Assembly: GCF_006345805.1 (NCBI RefSeq)
Contig: NW_021824175.1
Span: forward strand, 1 to 19,929
From: Octopus sinensis
Lineage: Eukaryota
Reading direction: 5' to 3'
DNA: 19,929 nucleotides
Positions 10,017 to 19,929 of the stretch are shown here, piece by piece (position 1 is the stretch's first letter; each line of letters starts with the position of its first letter). The notes beneath the pieces were generated by a model, which was not told the origin of the DNA, did no database searches, and was given only the letters and a program-made list of their open reading frames with translations. Position numbers and translations under genes: made by a program.

Positions 10017-10305
10017 CATTGATAGATAGATAGATAGATAGAAAGGCAGGTAGATTCATACATCAATAGATACAGATACGCGGATGGGATGCTGCATAGC
10101 TGGATAGATAAATAGTTAGACGGACAGACGAATAGCCAGGCAGACAAATAGATGGATAGATGGATAGATAGGTAGATAGGTAGATAGGTAAGTAGGTAGG
10201 TAGGTAGAAAAAAGCTAAGTAGAAAGCCAGATAGCTTTTTTTCTACCTACCTTCTACCTACCTACCTACCTACCTACCTACCTACCTACCTACATACCCA
10301 CCTAG
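9956..10305. repeat. (GATA)n to (TAGG)n tract followed by inverted (CCTA)n
   Basis: Direct inspection, with an inversion junction at 10198-10252. Confidence 0.9.
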
Positions 10306-10397
10306 GTATAAAGATAGCTATAAAGATTGTCTGATTGATGTAAAAGGTAGATTGACAGAGAAGATATAGTGATAGTGAACTTAAATAGACAGATAGG

Positions 10398-10428
<31 letters not shown>
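10398..10428. repeat. (GATT)n microsatellite
   Basis: Direct inspection. Confidence 0.9.
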
Positions 10429-10764
10429 CGAGTGATTCATTGGGTAATTGATTGAATGATTAAATATTGACGTGAGGCAAACTTAACTAAACAAACCCAT
10501 AGATATATAACTTGAGAGTTACATGTATGATATGAAGCACAAAAAATAAATTTAGCAAGCCTAAAGGTATGGACTGACGCTGGTTATCCCTTTTAATAAT
10601 CAGTCCTTTTTTTCCTCCTTTGATCCCTTCCCATTCTCTTATCCCTCTTCCCTCATCACCCACTCCTTCCTCTCAATCAGCGTGCTCCCTCCCTTCGTCT
10701 TCGTTGTTGAACTGCAATTTTAATATTGAAATATTCTTCCAATAAAAACAACAAGAACAAAAGC

Positions 10765-11088
10765 TGGCACTCCGTTGGTTACGACGACGAATGTTCTAGC
10801 TGATTCGATCAACGGAACAGCCTGCTCGTTGAATTAATGTGCAAGTGGTTGAGCACTCTACAGACACGTGTACCTTTAACGTTGTATTCAGGGAGATTCA
10901 GCGTGACACAGAATTTGACAAGGCTGGCTCTTTGAAATACAGGTACTGCTCATTTTTGCCAGCTGAATGTACTGGAGCAACATGAAATAAAGTGTCTTGC
11001 TCAAGAACACAATGCGCCTCCCGGGTATCAAACACACGGCCTTACAATCGTGAGCCAAATGCCCTAATTATTCAACCACCTGTTCACC
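10765..11088 (-). mobile_element. tRNA-derived SINE family F, diverged
   Basis: The minus strand shows a tRNA-like head (TTAGGGCATTTGGCTCACGATTGTAAG...GTTTGATACCCGG) followed by TGTGTTCTTGAGCAAGACACTTTATTTCATGTTGCTCCAG, also seen at 13082-13120. Confidence 0.75.
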
Positions 11089-11164
11089 TAAAAGTGAAAG
11101 TGAATCAGTTACTTGTCACACAATTGGAATTCTTTTCTCATTCTACAGGCACCATTTCAAATCC

Positions 11165-11444
11165 ATGATCACCTTCGCCTTTAGAAGTAAATTTTGCTTT
11201 AGTTCTTTAGTATTACTAATATTAGCTTTCAATAAAGTACTAATATTAGCTTTCAATAAAGTACTAATATTAGCTTTCAATAAAGTACTAATATTAGCTT
11301 TAAATAAAGTACCAGTCAGTAACGGACTCGATATATTCCGCCGTAACAATCCTTCATATTTGGAACATTTGCTCACGTTAGTGGATACAATAGTAAAACT
11401 AACACCTTTTCCTTCGACCAAGCCCCTTAGGGGTGGCAACGAAG
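11165..11444 (+). CDS. Candidate first coding exon of a secreted or membrane protein (signal peptide with repeat-expanded core)
   Basis: Acceptor TTCTTTTCTCATTCTACAG|G (exon start 11149), ATG at 11165 and phase-1 donor AAG|GTGAGA after 11444. Translation MITFAFRSK-FCFSSLVLLILAF...NKVPVSNG-LDIFRR has n/h/c signal-peptide architecture with small residues S(-3) and G(-1). No homolog recognised. Confidence 0.5.
11214..11312 (+). repeat. 24-bp minisatellite, 4.1 copies
   Basis: Unit TACTAATATTAGCTTTCAATAAAG at 11214, 11238, 11262 and 11286, with one C>A change in copy 4. Confidence 0.97.
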
Positions 11445-12040
11445 GTGAGATTGGAGAATAAGAGGAGGTGGACGGGGAGGCGAGGATGGAAAGGAGGTAG
11501 GGTAGAGGAGTAAGGAGAGAGTGGAGAGCAGCTGTTGCCTTTTTAAAAATTTCCTGGAATTTGGGGGCGAGCGGTGACCATGATTCGAATGACAGGGTCT
11601 GCTCTTAGACGGTGCCTGTAATCCAGGGTAATCATAACCATGAAACTGAGGCGTTCATTCATTGCACCCCACCCCACTGATAGCTGCCTCCGTTAGAGGT
11701 GACCTTTCCTTGTTATTTTATTTAATATCTATGACTGTTAGTTTTTATTTCTTTGAAAACCCCTACTGTTTTTATATTCCGATAATATTTTTCCCATTGT
11801 CCCCAAACGTCCTTGGGCCAATGCAGAAATTATTGTTATTATTGAAGTTTACATAATAATGATATGATATGCGTCAAATATTTTCATTTGTTTCGTTTTA
11901 AAGAACTGTACCTTGTCATGGTACCTATTTATAGCAGATAGAGTAGGAATCATCGGACAAAACACTCTACAGTATTTATCTATATCGCTTTATGTCATGA
12001 GTTATATGAGGGAATGTTAAGTAGTATATTGGAATATTGG

Positions 12041-12243
12041 TTCTAGATTTTGGCACAAGGCCAGCAATTTAGAGGAGGGGCTAAGTTGAGTGCATCGGCC
12101 ACAGTGTTCAAATTGTACTTATCTTATCGACCCCAAAGGAATGAAAGGCATAGTCGACCTCAGCGGAATTTGAACGCGTGAAGACGGACGAAATGCCGTT
12201 AAGCATTTTGCCCGGGATGCTAACGATTCTGGTGGTTCACCAC
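12041..12243 (-). mobile_element. SINE family A-related subfamily with a different 3' tail
   Basis: TATCGACCCC...TGAAAGGCATAGTCGACCTC...GGAATTTGAAC...AAGCATTTTGCCCGG...GCTAACGATTCTG matches the family A head and core, while the tail (TTGGCACAAGGCCAGCAATT) differs. Confidence 0.85.
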
Positions 12244-12274
12244 ATTGAGATATTGTTATATTAAAATTAACACA

Positions 12275-12290
12275 TAGATAGACAGACATG

Positions 12291-12372
<82 letters not shown>
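12275..12372. repeat. (GATA)n(GA)n microsatellite
   Basis: Direct inspection. Confidence 0.95.
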
Positions 12373-12639
12373 AAGAAACAGAAAGAGAGGAGTGTCGTTA
12401 GGTACTGAGAAGGTGTGTTAGTTGTTTATTAACGTTAATAAAAGGCAATAAAAAATAAGGGAGCAAGAGGGGAATGTGGAGTAAAAATTCTTAAAAGAAA
12501 TCCTTTTCTATCATAAAGTTTAAGGCGGTTTTTTAAGTTCCAAGTAATATTAGGGACTGCATTGTTCAACGCATTTTTTCTTGTTCATTTCAGCCTGTAG
12601 AGTATGATTCCAACAAGGTCTGTTTGCTATTTGTAGCAA

Positions 12640-12975
12640 CTCGAATGACAAATTCGTTAGAGCGAAGGACAAAATATGCTGCGGCATTTATCTTGGTTCT
12701 CGTTGTCGTAAGTTAAAATACCAACTCGCCCTTTATCTTTTTGGGATAAGGTCCAGAGTGATAGATTAAAAGAACTAACTACTAGAACGTTTTATTTCGA
12801 AATCAGAACCACATTATCCAACTGTGTTCTCAATTTCATGAGTTCAAATACTGTCTTGGCCAACATCGACCTTTATTCTTTTCGGTAAAGTCCAAGGTTA
12901 TAGATTGACACTATTGCAAAAGCGTAGTAAGCGATTCCTTGAAGTATTTACTCCAACTCTTTGTATTCTGAATTT
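12640..12975 (+). mobile_element. Highly degraded, tandemly duplicated family A-like SINE heads
   Basis: CGTTAGAGCGAAGGACAAAAT...GCGGCATTT, and two similar blocks GTT(A/C)AAATAC...CCTTTAT...GTCCA...ATAGATT at ~12712-12767 and ~12842-12906. Confidence 0.5.
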
Positions 12976-13013
12976 ATTAGGGGTTGACGTAATCCGTCTC
13001 TCGGTTTCATACC

Positions 13014-13287
13014 GGCGCGTGGACAGGTGGTTACTTACAATCGCAAGATTGTGTTTTCAATTTCCAGACTTGGTGGTACAGTTTGTTCTTGAGCAAAGTA
13101 CATCATTTCACGTTACTCCATTTCACTCACTTGTAAAGAATATAACTCTGAAACGGACTGGTGGTAAGATGGGGGTGAAGTATTGTGATCGCGATCATTT
13201 ATAAACTATGGAAACCCGGTAATTGGCCCCATGAGCCCTCGAACTTGAGACAGATATCTACAGGGTTTAATGATGATGATGATGATG
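13014..13287 (+). mobile_element. Diverged SINE family E with (GAT)n tail
   Basis: Eroded tRNA head, TTCTTGAGCAAAG segment like family F, GGACTGGTG and CCCATGAGCC like family D, and a (TGA)n tail at 13270-13287. Confidence 0.7.
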
Positions 13288-13627
13288 GGTTCTTCCCACC
13301 AAAGGGATCTTGGGTGTCCTTAGTGGAGTCAGCTTGTTGCAAGCATTTGGGGTTTGGTCCCAGTTTAAGGGTAACTGTCTCCCTTCCTCCCACCAGTCAT
13401 GGGGGCCCTAAAAAACCACCCATGAGAACGTCCCTTCCCTCCTTGACAGAGCAGTAAAAATTGAAACTCCCTCATTGGCTCATGACATCGTTGTTACTAT
13501 TTTTGTTGCTGTTGATAGTGGTGGTGGTGGTGCTGGTGTAAGAGGTGTTGTAGTGGTGTTGGTACTGATGTAGTTGCTGCTAGTAATATTGGTGTTCATG
13601 TTGCTGATGTAGTTGCTTGTTTGTATC

Positions 13628-13986
13628 GGTTAGCCCCAGGTCAACCTGAGCAGACCATGATCAAAGTAGTCCAGTCATGACATTGCCGTCTTTCTCGTGT
13701 TATTTAGGTCAAAATATTTCAATGTGACCTTCCTTATTTGAGTTGGAAGGACATGATTTTGATGGAAACTTCTTCTAACATGTCAAGCTACCATCCCTTT
13801 GGCGTTTATATTATTTAGCCTGTATCCCTGAAGATTTGCTACGGAAGGCGTTCCAGTCGTGACCATCCCGACTATTTGTATATCTCTAAGGTTATACTGT
13901 CGAACGTGTCCTTCAGCTTTTCACAGAGTGAGGTTTCATTTTTGGAAGAGGACTAGTATTTACCCCTAGTATGGTTGAAGACAATT
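13628..13986. mobile_element. Two tandem family C copies
   Basis: TTAGCC...CCAGTCRTGAC...AAYGTG..CTTC repeated at 13630 and 13815 (~185-bp period). Confidence 0.65.
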
Positions 13987-14184
13987 AAGGGCCGCCCCTG
14001 TTGCTTTTCTCATCAAATATGGTGGGGGCAACAGACAAGCAGATGCAACTGGAAGAAATAATGGTGGTAACATAATAGTGACGATGGTGGTGGTGGTGGT
14101 GGTGGTGGTGGTAGCAGTGGATCTAGTGGTGAAGAAACTGCTACTGATACAAAGATGGCTTGAGATCATAATGGTGGTGATATT

Positions 14185-14414
14185 GGCGGCGAGCTGGCAG
14201 AAACGTTAGAACGCCGGGCGAAATGCTTAGCAGTATTTCATCTGTCGTTACGTTCTGAGTTCAAATTCCGCCGAGGTCGACTTTGCCTTTCATCCTTTCG
14301 GGGTCGATTAAATAATTACCAGTTACGCACTGGTTCGTTATAATCGACTTAATCCGTTTGTCTGTCCTTGTTTGTCCTCCCTGTGTTTAGCCGATTGTGG
14401 GTAGTAAAGAATCC
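14185..14414 (+). mobile_element. Full-length SINE family A
   Basis: GGCGGCGAGCTGGCAGAAACGTTAG head and B box GAGTTCAAATTCC at 14257-14269. Possible TSD GATATT at 14179-14184 and 14415-14420. Confidence 0.93.
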
Positions 14415-14419
14415 GATAT

Positions 14420-14872
14420 TGGTAGTGTTGGTGGTGCTGGTGGCAAAAATCGGTGGTACATAGAGGCTTTCGTAGGGTGTTAGTGGTGGTGACCATCGTA
14501 GTGGCATTGCTAAAGCTGGTCGTGCATAGATGGATTAACACAGCGATGGTAATGATGAGAGTGGTGCTGGAGTTGGCGATAGTAGTGAAAGAAGTGGCAG
14601 AGATGAAATTATATGAAAATTATGTGAATCGCCCAGATCCACAGTGTGTTGGTGCTAGTGGTAGTGGTAACGGTGGCAGTGGTGGAAGTGCTAATAATGG
14701 TTGTGATGGGTTTTTTTGTTGCAGTGTTGGTGGTAGTAGCGTGAGTGGTGATAACAGTGGTGTGGTGGGGATAGTGGTAGAGGTGGTTATGCTGGTGGCG
14801 ATGGTGGTTGTGACTGCGGCAGTGGTGGTTGTATTGGTGGTGGCGATAAAGAAAGCAATAGTAGTAACGATG

Positions 14873-14916
<44 letters not shown>

Positions 14917-15243
14917 TAGTAGTAGGAGTAGGAGTAGTAGTAGCAGTAGTAGTAGTAATAGTAGGAGTAGTAGTAGTAGTAGTAGTGGTGGTGGTGGTAA
15001 TGGTGGTTGTGATAACGATGGTGGTTTTGGATATGGTAAAGATGGTAGCGGTGGTATGGGTTGTTGTTGGTAGTGGTGTAGGTGTTTGCAGTAATGGTGG
15101 AAGTGGTGCTGGGATTGGTGGTGGTAGTGGTGGTGGTGGTGCTAGCTGTAGTGATGGCAGGGGATGGTATGGTGATGTATCAGACGACGGGTGTTTTAAT
15201 GTAGTTGTTCTTAATGATGTCGGCGGCGTCGCTGTCGTTATCA
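14420..15243. repeat. Degenerate (GGT/GTA/GAT)n trinucleotide tract with a near-pure (GTA)n core at 14873-14986
   Basis: Direct inspection. Confidence 0.9.
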
Positions 15244-15385
15244 TTTAACCCTCGGTCGACCTTCAAACAGACCTATAATAAATAGTACTCCAACAATAGA
15301 CATCAAGTCTTTTTGTACATCCAGTACTCCATTCTCCTGTGTATTCTTATTGTAAGACAGTAAAGTATGATTCGAGGGCGGTTAG
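15244..15385. mobile_element. Family C copy
   Basis: TTTAACCCTCGGTCGACC...CAGACCTAT resembles TTAGCCCCAGGTCAACC...CAGACCATG at 13630-13659. Confidence 0.55.
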
Positions 15386-15387
15386 GC

Positions 15388-15592
15388 CAGGGTTCCGCGG
15401 AACCTTAGGGTTCTGCCAGTACAGTCCAGGGGTTCCGCAAGAAGTTACAAAAATGCTAAAATCGACAGTAATTTTTAAGTCTCCTGTGCAGATATGTGTG
15501 CATAAGACAATTAAATTATTGCACAGGGATTCCTCGAGCCAGTGAAATGTTTTCTTGGGGTTCCGCTCCAGCAAAAAGGTTGAAAAGCACTG
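15388..15592. mobile_element. hAT (Charlie/Buster-like) non-autonomous element, one TIR intact
   Basis: The right end AAAAAGGTTGAAAAGCACTG (reverse complement CAGTGCTTTTCAACC) is a Charlie-type TIR followed by the 8-mer CTGTAGAC (nnnTAnnn). Repeated GGGTTCCGC subterminal motifs. The left TIR is not found. Confidence 0.7.
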
Positions 15593-15880
15593 CTGTAGAC
15601 AGTATGGGGTTTTATAATTTTGTGAAGGAGGCAGCAGAACCATTGTCCAAACATCATAATCCTGGTTGCACAAATTGGGTTAGTGTGTACATAAAACGTT
15701 TTATTTCTTTAGTATACCTCTGCAGATCATTAAATATTAATACTTTAACCATTCTGATACCAACCCAGCTCAGACCGCCGTTGGTTCTATTATACAAACT
15801 CTTCCTTTATTAATGTGATCTAAATTAAAACCTTTCTTTAAAACTTTATGTGAGTTTATGTTCCAAAACCTATTTAATTA

Positions 15881-15998
15881 CATATTGCAGCAGTCCTTCA
15901 GTTTTTCTAAGCCCTGTAGAAGAACTTGGAAGGTTGGGCCTCCAACCAAATCTTTCATGATATCCTTGAAGCCAGAAACTTTTCGGCACCCCTTTGTA
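15881..15998 (-). mobile_element. Partial mariner MITE (same family as 3701-3913)
   Basis: Reverse complement matches 3701-3815. Ends with AAGCCAGAAACTTTTCGGCACCCCTTTG-TA. Confidence 0.85.
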
Positions 15999-16013
15999 TA
16001 TATACGTATATAA

Positions 16014-16186
16014 AGCACCCACTACACTCTCGGAGTGGTTGGCGTTAGGAAGGGCATCCAGCTGTAGAAACTCTGCTAGATCTAGATTGGAGCCTGGTGC
16101 AGCCTTCTGGTTCGCCAGTCCTCAGTCAAATCATCCAACCCATGCTAGCATGGAAAGCGGACATTAAACGATGATGATGATGATGA
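16014..16186 (+). mobile_element. 5'-truncated SINE with (GAT)n tail
   Basis: Carries GGTTGGCGTTAGGAAGGGCATCCAGCTGTAGAAA, a motif I recall from widespread metazoan SINE central domains, and a pure (GAT)n tail at 16170-16186. Confidence 0.75.
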
Positions 16187-16188
16187 CT

Positions 16189-16408
16189 GGGGGGGGGGCT
16201 GAAATGTTCCTGGCTTTCTGTAACAGAAAATAGAGGAGGATCAGCTAATTATGAATTTATTCAACATATTCCCCTCTCAGATTCACACACATATTGCAGT
16301 GGTCCTTCAGTGTTATAAAACCCAGTAAAAGAACTCGGATGGTTGTGCATTTGACCGGAACCATCGTGATTTCCTTAAAGCCAGGAACTTTTCAGCACCC
16401 GCCACGTA
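16189..16408 (-). mobile_element. Mariner MITE, near full length
   Basis: TIRs GGGGCTGAAATGTTCCTGGCTTT and AAAGCCAGGAACTTTTCAGCACCC..CG-TA. The minus frame reads LKDHCNMCVNLRGEYVE*. Confidence 0.88.
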
Positions 16409-16650
16409 TGATCAAATCATTTTATTAAAATCTTCATTCTTTTAAAAATTAATTGAAACTGTAGTGAGGTTTAGAATTTAACCTAAAATCCTCAGTTGCC
16501 AGATCTGGACATGCACAGATCGTGCTCAAATCATGCCGTATTTTTTCATCCTTTTATTTGTTTCAGTCGTGGCAGTAGGGGGTCGGGTGGATGGTGGTGT
16601 TAGTAGGGGAGGGGGTGTAAGTCATGATAATATACAGAAATAAAATAAAT

Positions 16651-16881
16651 GCGAGCTGGCAGAAACGTTAGCGCGCCGGGCGAAATGCTTAGCGGTATTT
16701 CGTCTGCCGTTACGTTGTGAGTTCAAATTCCACCATGGTCGACTTTGCCTTTTATCCTTTCGGGGTCGATTAAATAAGTACCAGTTACGCACTGGGGTCG
16801 ATGTATTCGACTTAATACCTATCTCTGTCCTTCTTTGTCCTCTCTATGTTTAGCCCCTTGTGGGTAATAAAGAAATAGGTA
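16651..16881 (+). mobile_element. Near full-length SINE family A
   Basis: Highly similar to 14189-14414. Confidence 0.93.
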
Positions 16882-17300
16882 ATGGTAGTGGTGGAGGTGG
16901 AGGTAGAAATGGGGGAGATGAATAAGCACGAGGTTGGGTGAAAACGGTTGGATTGGCGGGTATACAGCTATATTGAAATGATGACATTATTGTGTCGGTG
17001 GTGGTGGTGGTGGTAGTGGTGGCGGCGGCGGTGTTGGTAATGGTGCTAGTAGTCGTTGTGATTGTGGGTGTGGTGGTTGTATTGGTAGTCGTCATGGACG
17101 TGCAAGTAGAAGTGAGAGAATGATGGTGGTGGTGGTGCTGGTGCTGGTGATGTTTTTGGCAGGGGTAGTGGACCGGGTGAGGGTAGTAGTGAAACATGAA
17201 TGAGAATCCTGGCAGTGAGTATAGGGGTGAGAGTTGATGGTGAGACAATGATGATGGTGTTGGCGGTGGTGGTTTTGGTTGTGGTGGTGGTGATGGTGTT
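16882..17300. repeat. Degenerate (GGT)n low-complexity tract
   Basis: Direct inspection. Confidence 0.8.
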
Positions 17301-17440
17301 AATGGCAAAGGTGAGAGTGCTTTATGTGAAAAACAAATGGGAAAAAAACCCAGGTTATTAATAAACATCTTAAAACATTAAAGTCAACACTCTTTATTAG
17401 TAATCTCCCTAAGCTACAATAGAATATACGCTCCCTCAAC

Positions 17441-17506
17441 GTGGATCGAACTCAGAACAGCCATTTAATTGCGAAACGAACTTCTTGACCACACAGCTAT
17501 GCAGGC
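17441..17506 (-). mobile_element. Eroded SINE tRNA-head fragment
   Basis: GGATCGAACTC (B box reverse complement)...CTTCTTGACCACACAGCTA (A box reverse complement, family B-like). Confidence 0.55.
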
Positions 17507-18070
17507 AACGGCGAACTACAAAATCACATATGACTGTGGTGGAAGAAATCACAGCATTTCGCAAAACAGAAGCGTAGGATTAAACTCTAACAAGAACTGA
17601 TTTGATAAAAAATATTCCAACATGTTGTTATCAAGCAAATGTATCCCTTAATAAGGAACAAACGTTGTATAGTATATGAAGCCGGTTTATAACTCAAACA
17701 GTTTGTTTTATATCCAGCGTAGAAGAAACGAATTAGTCACTACATGCCGACTAAAAATTAACTAATTCTTTGATATTGTCATTACTTATAACCTCCTGAG
17801 TTTAGATTGCATCCGGAGAGAGGAAACATCGAGTATATTGAACATCAAATATCGATATATGTAACAAGTGCAAATTTCCTTCATAATACAAATGAACACA
17901 GCAGACGTTATACCCATTATTCTATTTTACTATCCTATACATTTACACCTACTTTTCCTGGTTCCGCATAAGTATCCATGTGATCTCTCTTTTTCCCTCT
18001 CTTTTTCCCCCTCCTCTCCCTCTTTCCTTATACACATACACACACATATATATATACATACATACACATA

Positions 18071-18114
<44 letters not shown>

Positions 18115-18139
18115 ATATATATATATTGTATATATGATA

Positions 18140-18270
18140 TGTTGTATGTTTGGCCTGCTCGCTTAGCCAGCGGGGTGGCGTCATTTAAAGGCTAAAACAA
18201 TGCGAAACGCACTGTGACAAGCGATGTGTAGCAACATCTGATAGCCTGGTTGGTCACAGTGATTACGGGG
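18140..18270 (+). mobile_element. Probable SINE 3' fragment inserted in (TA)n
   Basis: A GC-richer island sharply bounded by (TA)n on both sides. No second copy in the window, so the identity is inferred. Confidence 0.4.
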
Positions 18271-19333
18271 ATATATATATATATATAAATATTAAAGCCG
18301 AAAAACTTCACAAAATTTTACTTAGAGTTTCATGTGACCATTTGTCAAACAGTTACGATCATCCCAAATGTTTAACGAACGAATATGTGTGTGTATGTGT
18401 GTGTGTGTGTATGTATGTATATATGTATGTATAAATGCGTGTATGTATGCATGTATGTATGAATATTTGTATGTGTGTGTGTGTGTGTATAATAGCAGTT
18501 TGACTCAGCTTCTGTAACCTCTCCTAAATGTATTGACTGCTACCTTCTTTCGTTTCTTCCTTCAATCTCTTCCTCCTTCTAACACAAGCACTCACGCACA
18601 CGCACAAATCCGCGCACACGCACAAACCCGCGCACACGCGCATACCCATGTACACATAGATACACACGCGTAAGCTCATCTATCACTAACACACATCGAT
18701 TAAACGATAGTGTGAATACAAACCTTAGTACATGTACTCATACGCCTACTTATTCGACACACACATCATAATTTAAAAGACACACACACACACACATATG
18801 CACACAAGCACACACACACACACAAACACACAAGCATACACACACACACATACACAAATGTATTAGATATTATATTTTCATTCATTTGAGATTCTGAAGT
18901 AAAAATTCGATGTCAGACAATAAGTGCGAAGTTGCAAAACTTTATTAAAGAAGGATAACGAATAGTTTGATACATGATGTAGCATTAAAAAATACTAAAT
19001 CACACAAGCGAAATATATGTGTGTATAGGAACTTAGAAACATATTTTGAAAAAAAATTACAATACATACACACATGCATACACACACACACGCGCAAACA
19101 GACAAGCATATACACGTTAGTGTGTGTGTGTGTGTTGGTGTGTCGTGGATACAACTGCATAAAATGAATTAGTAACAGATTGTGTGTGTGTGTATGTGTG
19201 AAAGTGTGGAAGGGAGACATAGAAGGAAAAGGGGAATAAGGAAGGGATTAGAAATAGGAAGAAAATAGAGAGATTGACAACTAGAGTGAAACACAGATTA
19301 ATGGATAGACATACACACATACATATACATATT

Positions 19334-19382
<49 letters not shown>

Positions 19383-19519
19383 TTGTGTGTATGTGTGTGT
19401 GTGTGCGTGCATATACACCGAGAGTGAGGGAAAGAGAGAAAGAGACAAAGAGAGAGAAGGGGAGAGAGAAATATAGAGGGTGGGAAAGAGATAGATGAAT
19501 AGATACATATACAGACAGT

Positions 19520-19765
<246 letters not shown>

Positions 19766-19929
19766 ATAGGTAAAGATAAATGCAAGAAAGAGATACTGTG
19801 TTGGTGAAAGAGATAGAAAAAGAAGGACAGTTAAAGCGACAAGACAGGGTTGAGCGAGAGGGAACCTATATGTATATATATGTATGTACTTATGTGTATA
19901 TATATATACATATGCGTGTGTGTGTGTAT

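Noticed and set aside
11214-11312. 24-bp palindromic direct repeats as a CRISPR array
   Set aside because: The units are contiguous with no spacers, there are no cas genes, and the context is eukaryotic.
11143-11439. Minus-strand 98-aa ORF preceded by a pyrimidine tract
   Set aside because: It starts at TTG, has no recognisable protein features and mirrors the plus frame, which has better splice sites and a signal peptide. It is not fully excluded.
11551-11559. STAT-like motif TTCCTGGAA
   Set aside because: A single short motif is expected by chance.
12594-12617. Possible 24-nt microexon (TTTCAG|CCTGTAGAGTATGATTCCAACAAG|GTCTGT)
   Set aside because: The donor is weak. The phase-1 join from 11444 gives ACRV* at once, so it could only be a terminal exon, and nothing else supports it.
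14453-15244. Long overlapping ORFs (206 aa +, 211 aa -) rich in V/S/G or T/Y/H
   Set aside because: They are translations of a degenerate trinucleotide tract that is open in several frames, with no domain or splice context.
16850-17368. 172-aa Pro/Thr/His-rich minus ORF resembling a mucin
   Set aside because: It is the antisense of a (GGT)n low-complexity tract and ends inside a SINE.
17718-17765. Acceptor-like TTTTATATCCAG followed by RRRNELVTTCRLKIN*
   Set aside because: It is short, phase-incompatible with the 11444 donor, and expected by chance in AT-rich DNA.

Overview
This is eukaryotic, AT-rich, repeat-saturated genomic DNA with no prokaryotic operon structure. The SINE families and the very high microsatellite load point to an Octopus genome; this is recognised from memory, not searched. 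Most of the window is tRNA-derived SINEs of at least five modular families, an old dispersed family tied to long trinucleotide tracts, and many microsatellites. It also holds three mariner MITE copies that keep a transposase C-terminal remnant, a canonical non-autonomous Helitron, a Helentron/HINE-like element and a hAT-type fragment. Nearly all listed ORFs are microsatellite or SINE artefacts. The best gene signal is a candidate plus-strand exon at 11149-11444 with good acceptor and donor sites, encoding a signal peptide whose hydrophobic core carries four tandem copies of an in-frame 24-bp repeat. It lies inside a TA-flanked imperfect inverted repeat (11144-11620), which hints at an exonised MITE. 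A weaker exon candidate sits at 4423. No clear novel multi-gene system can be supported from the sequence alone.
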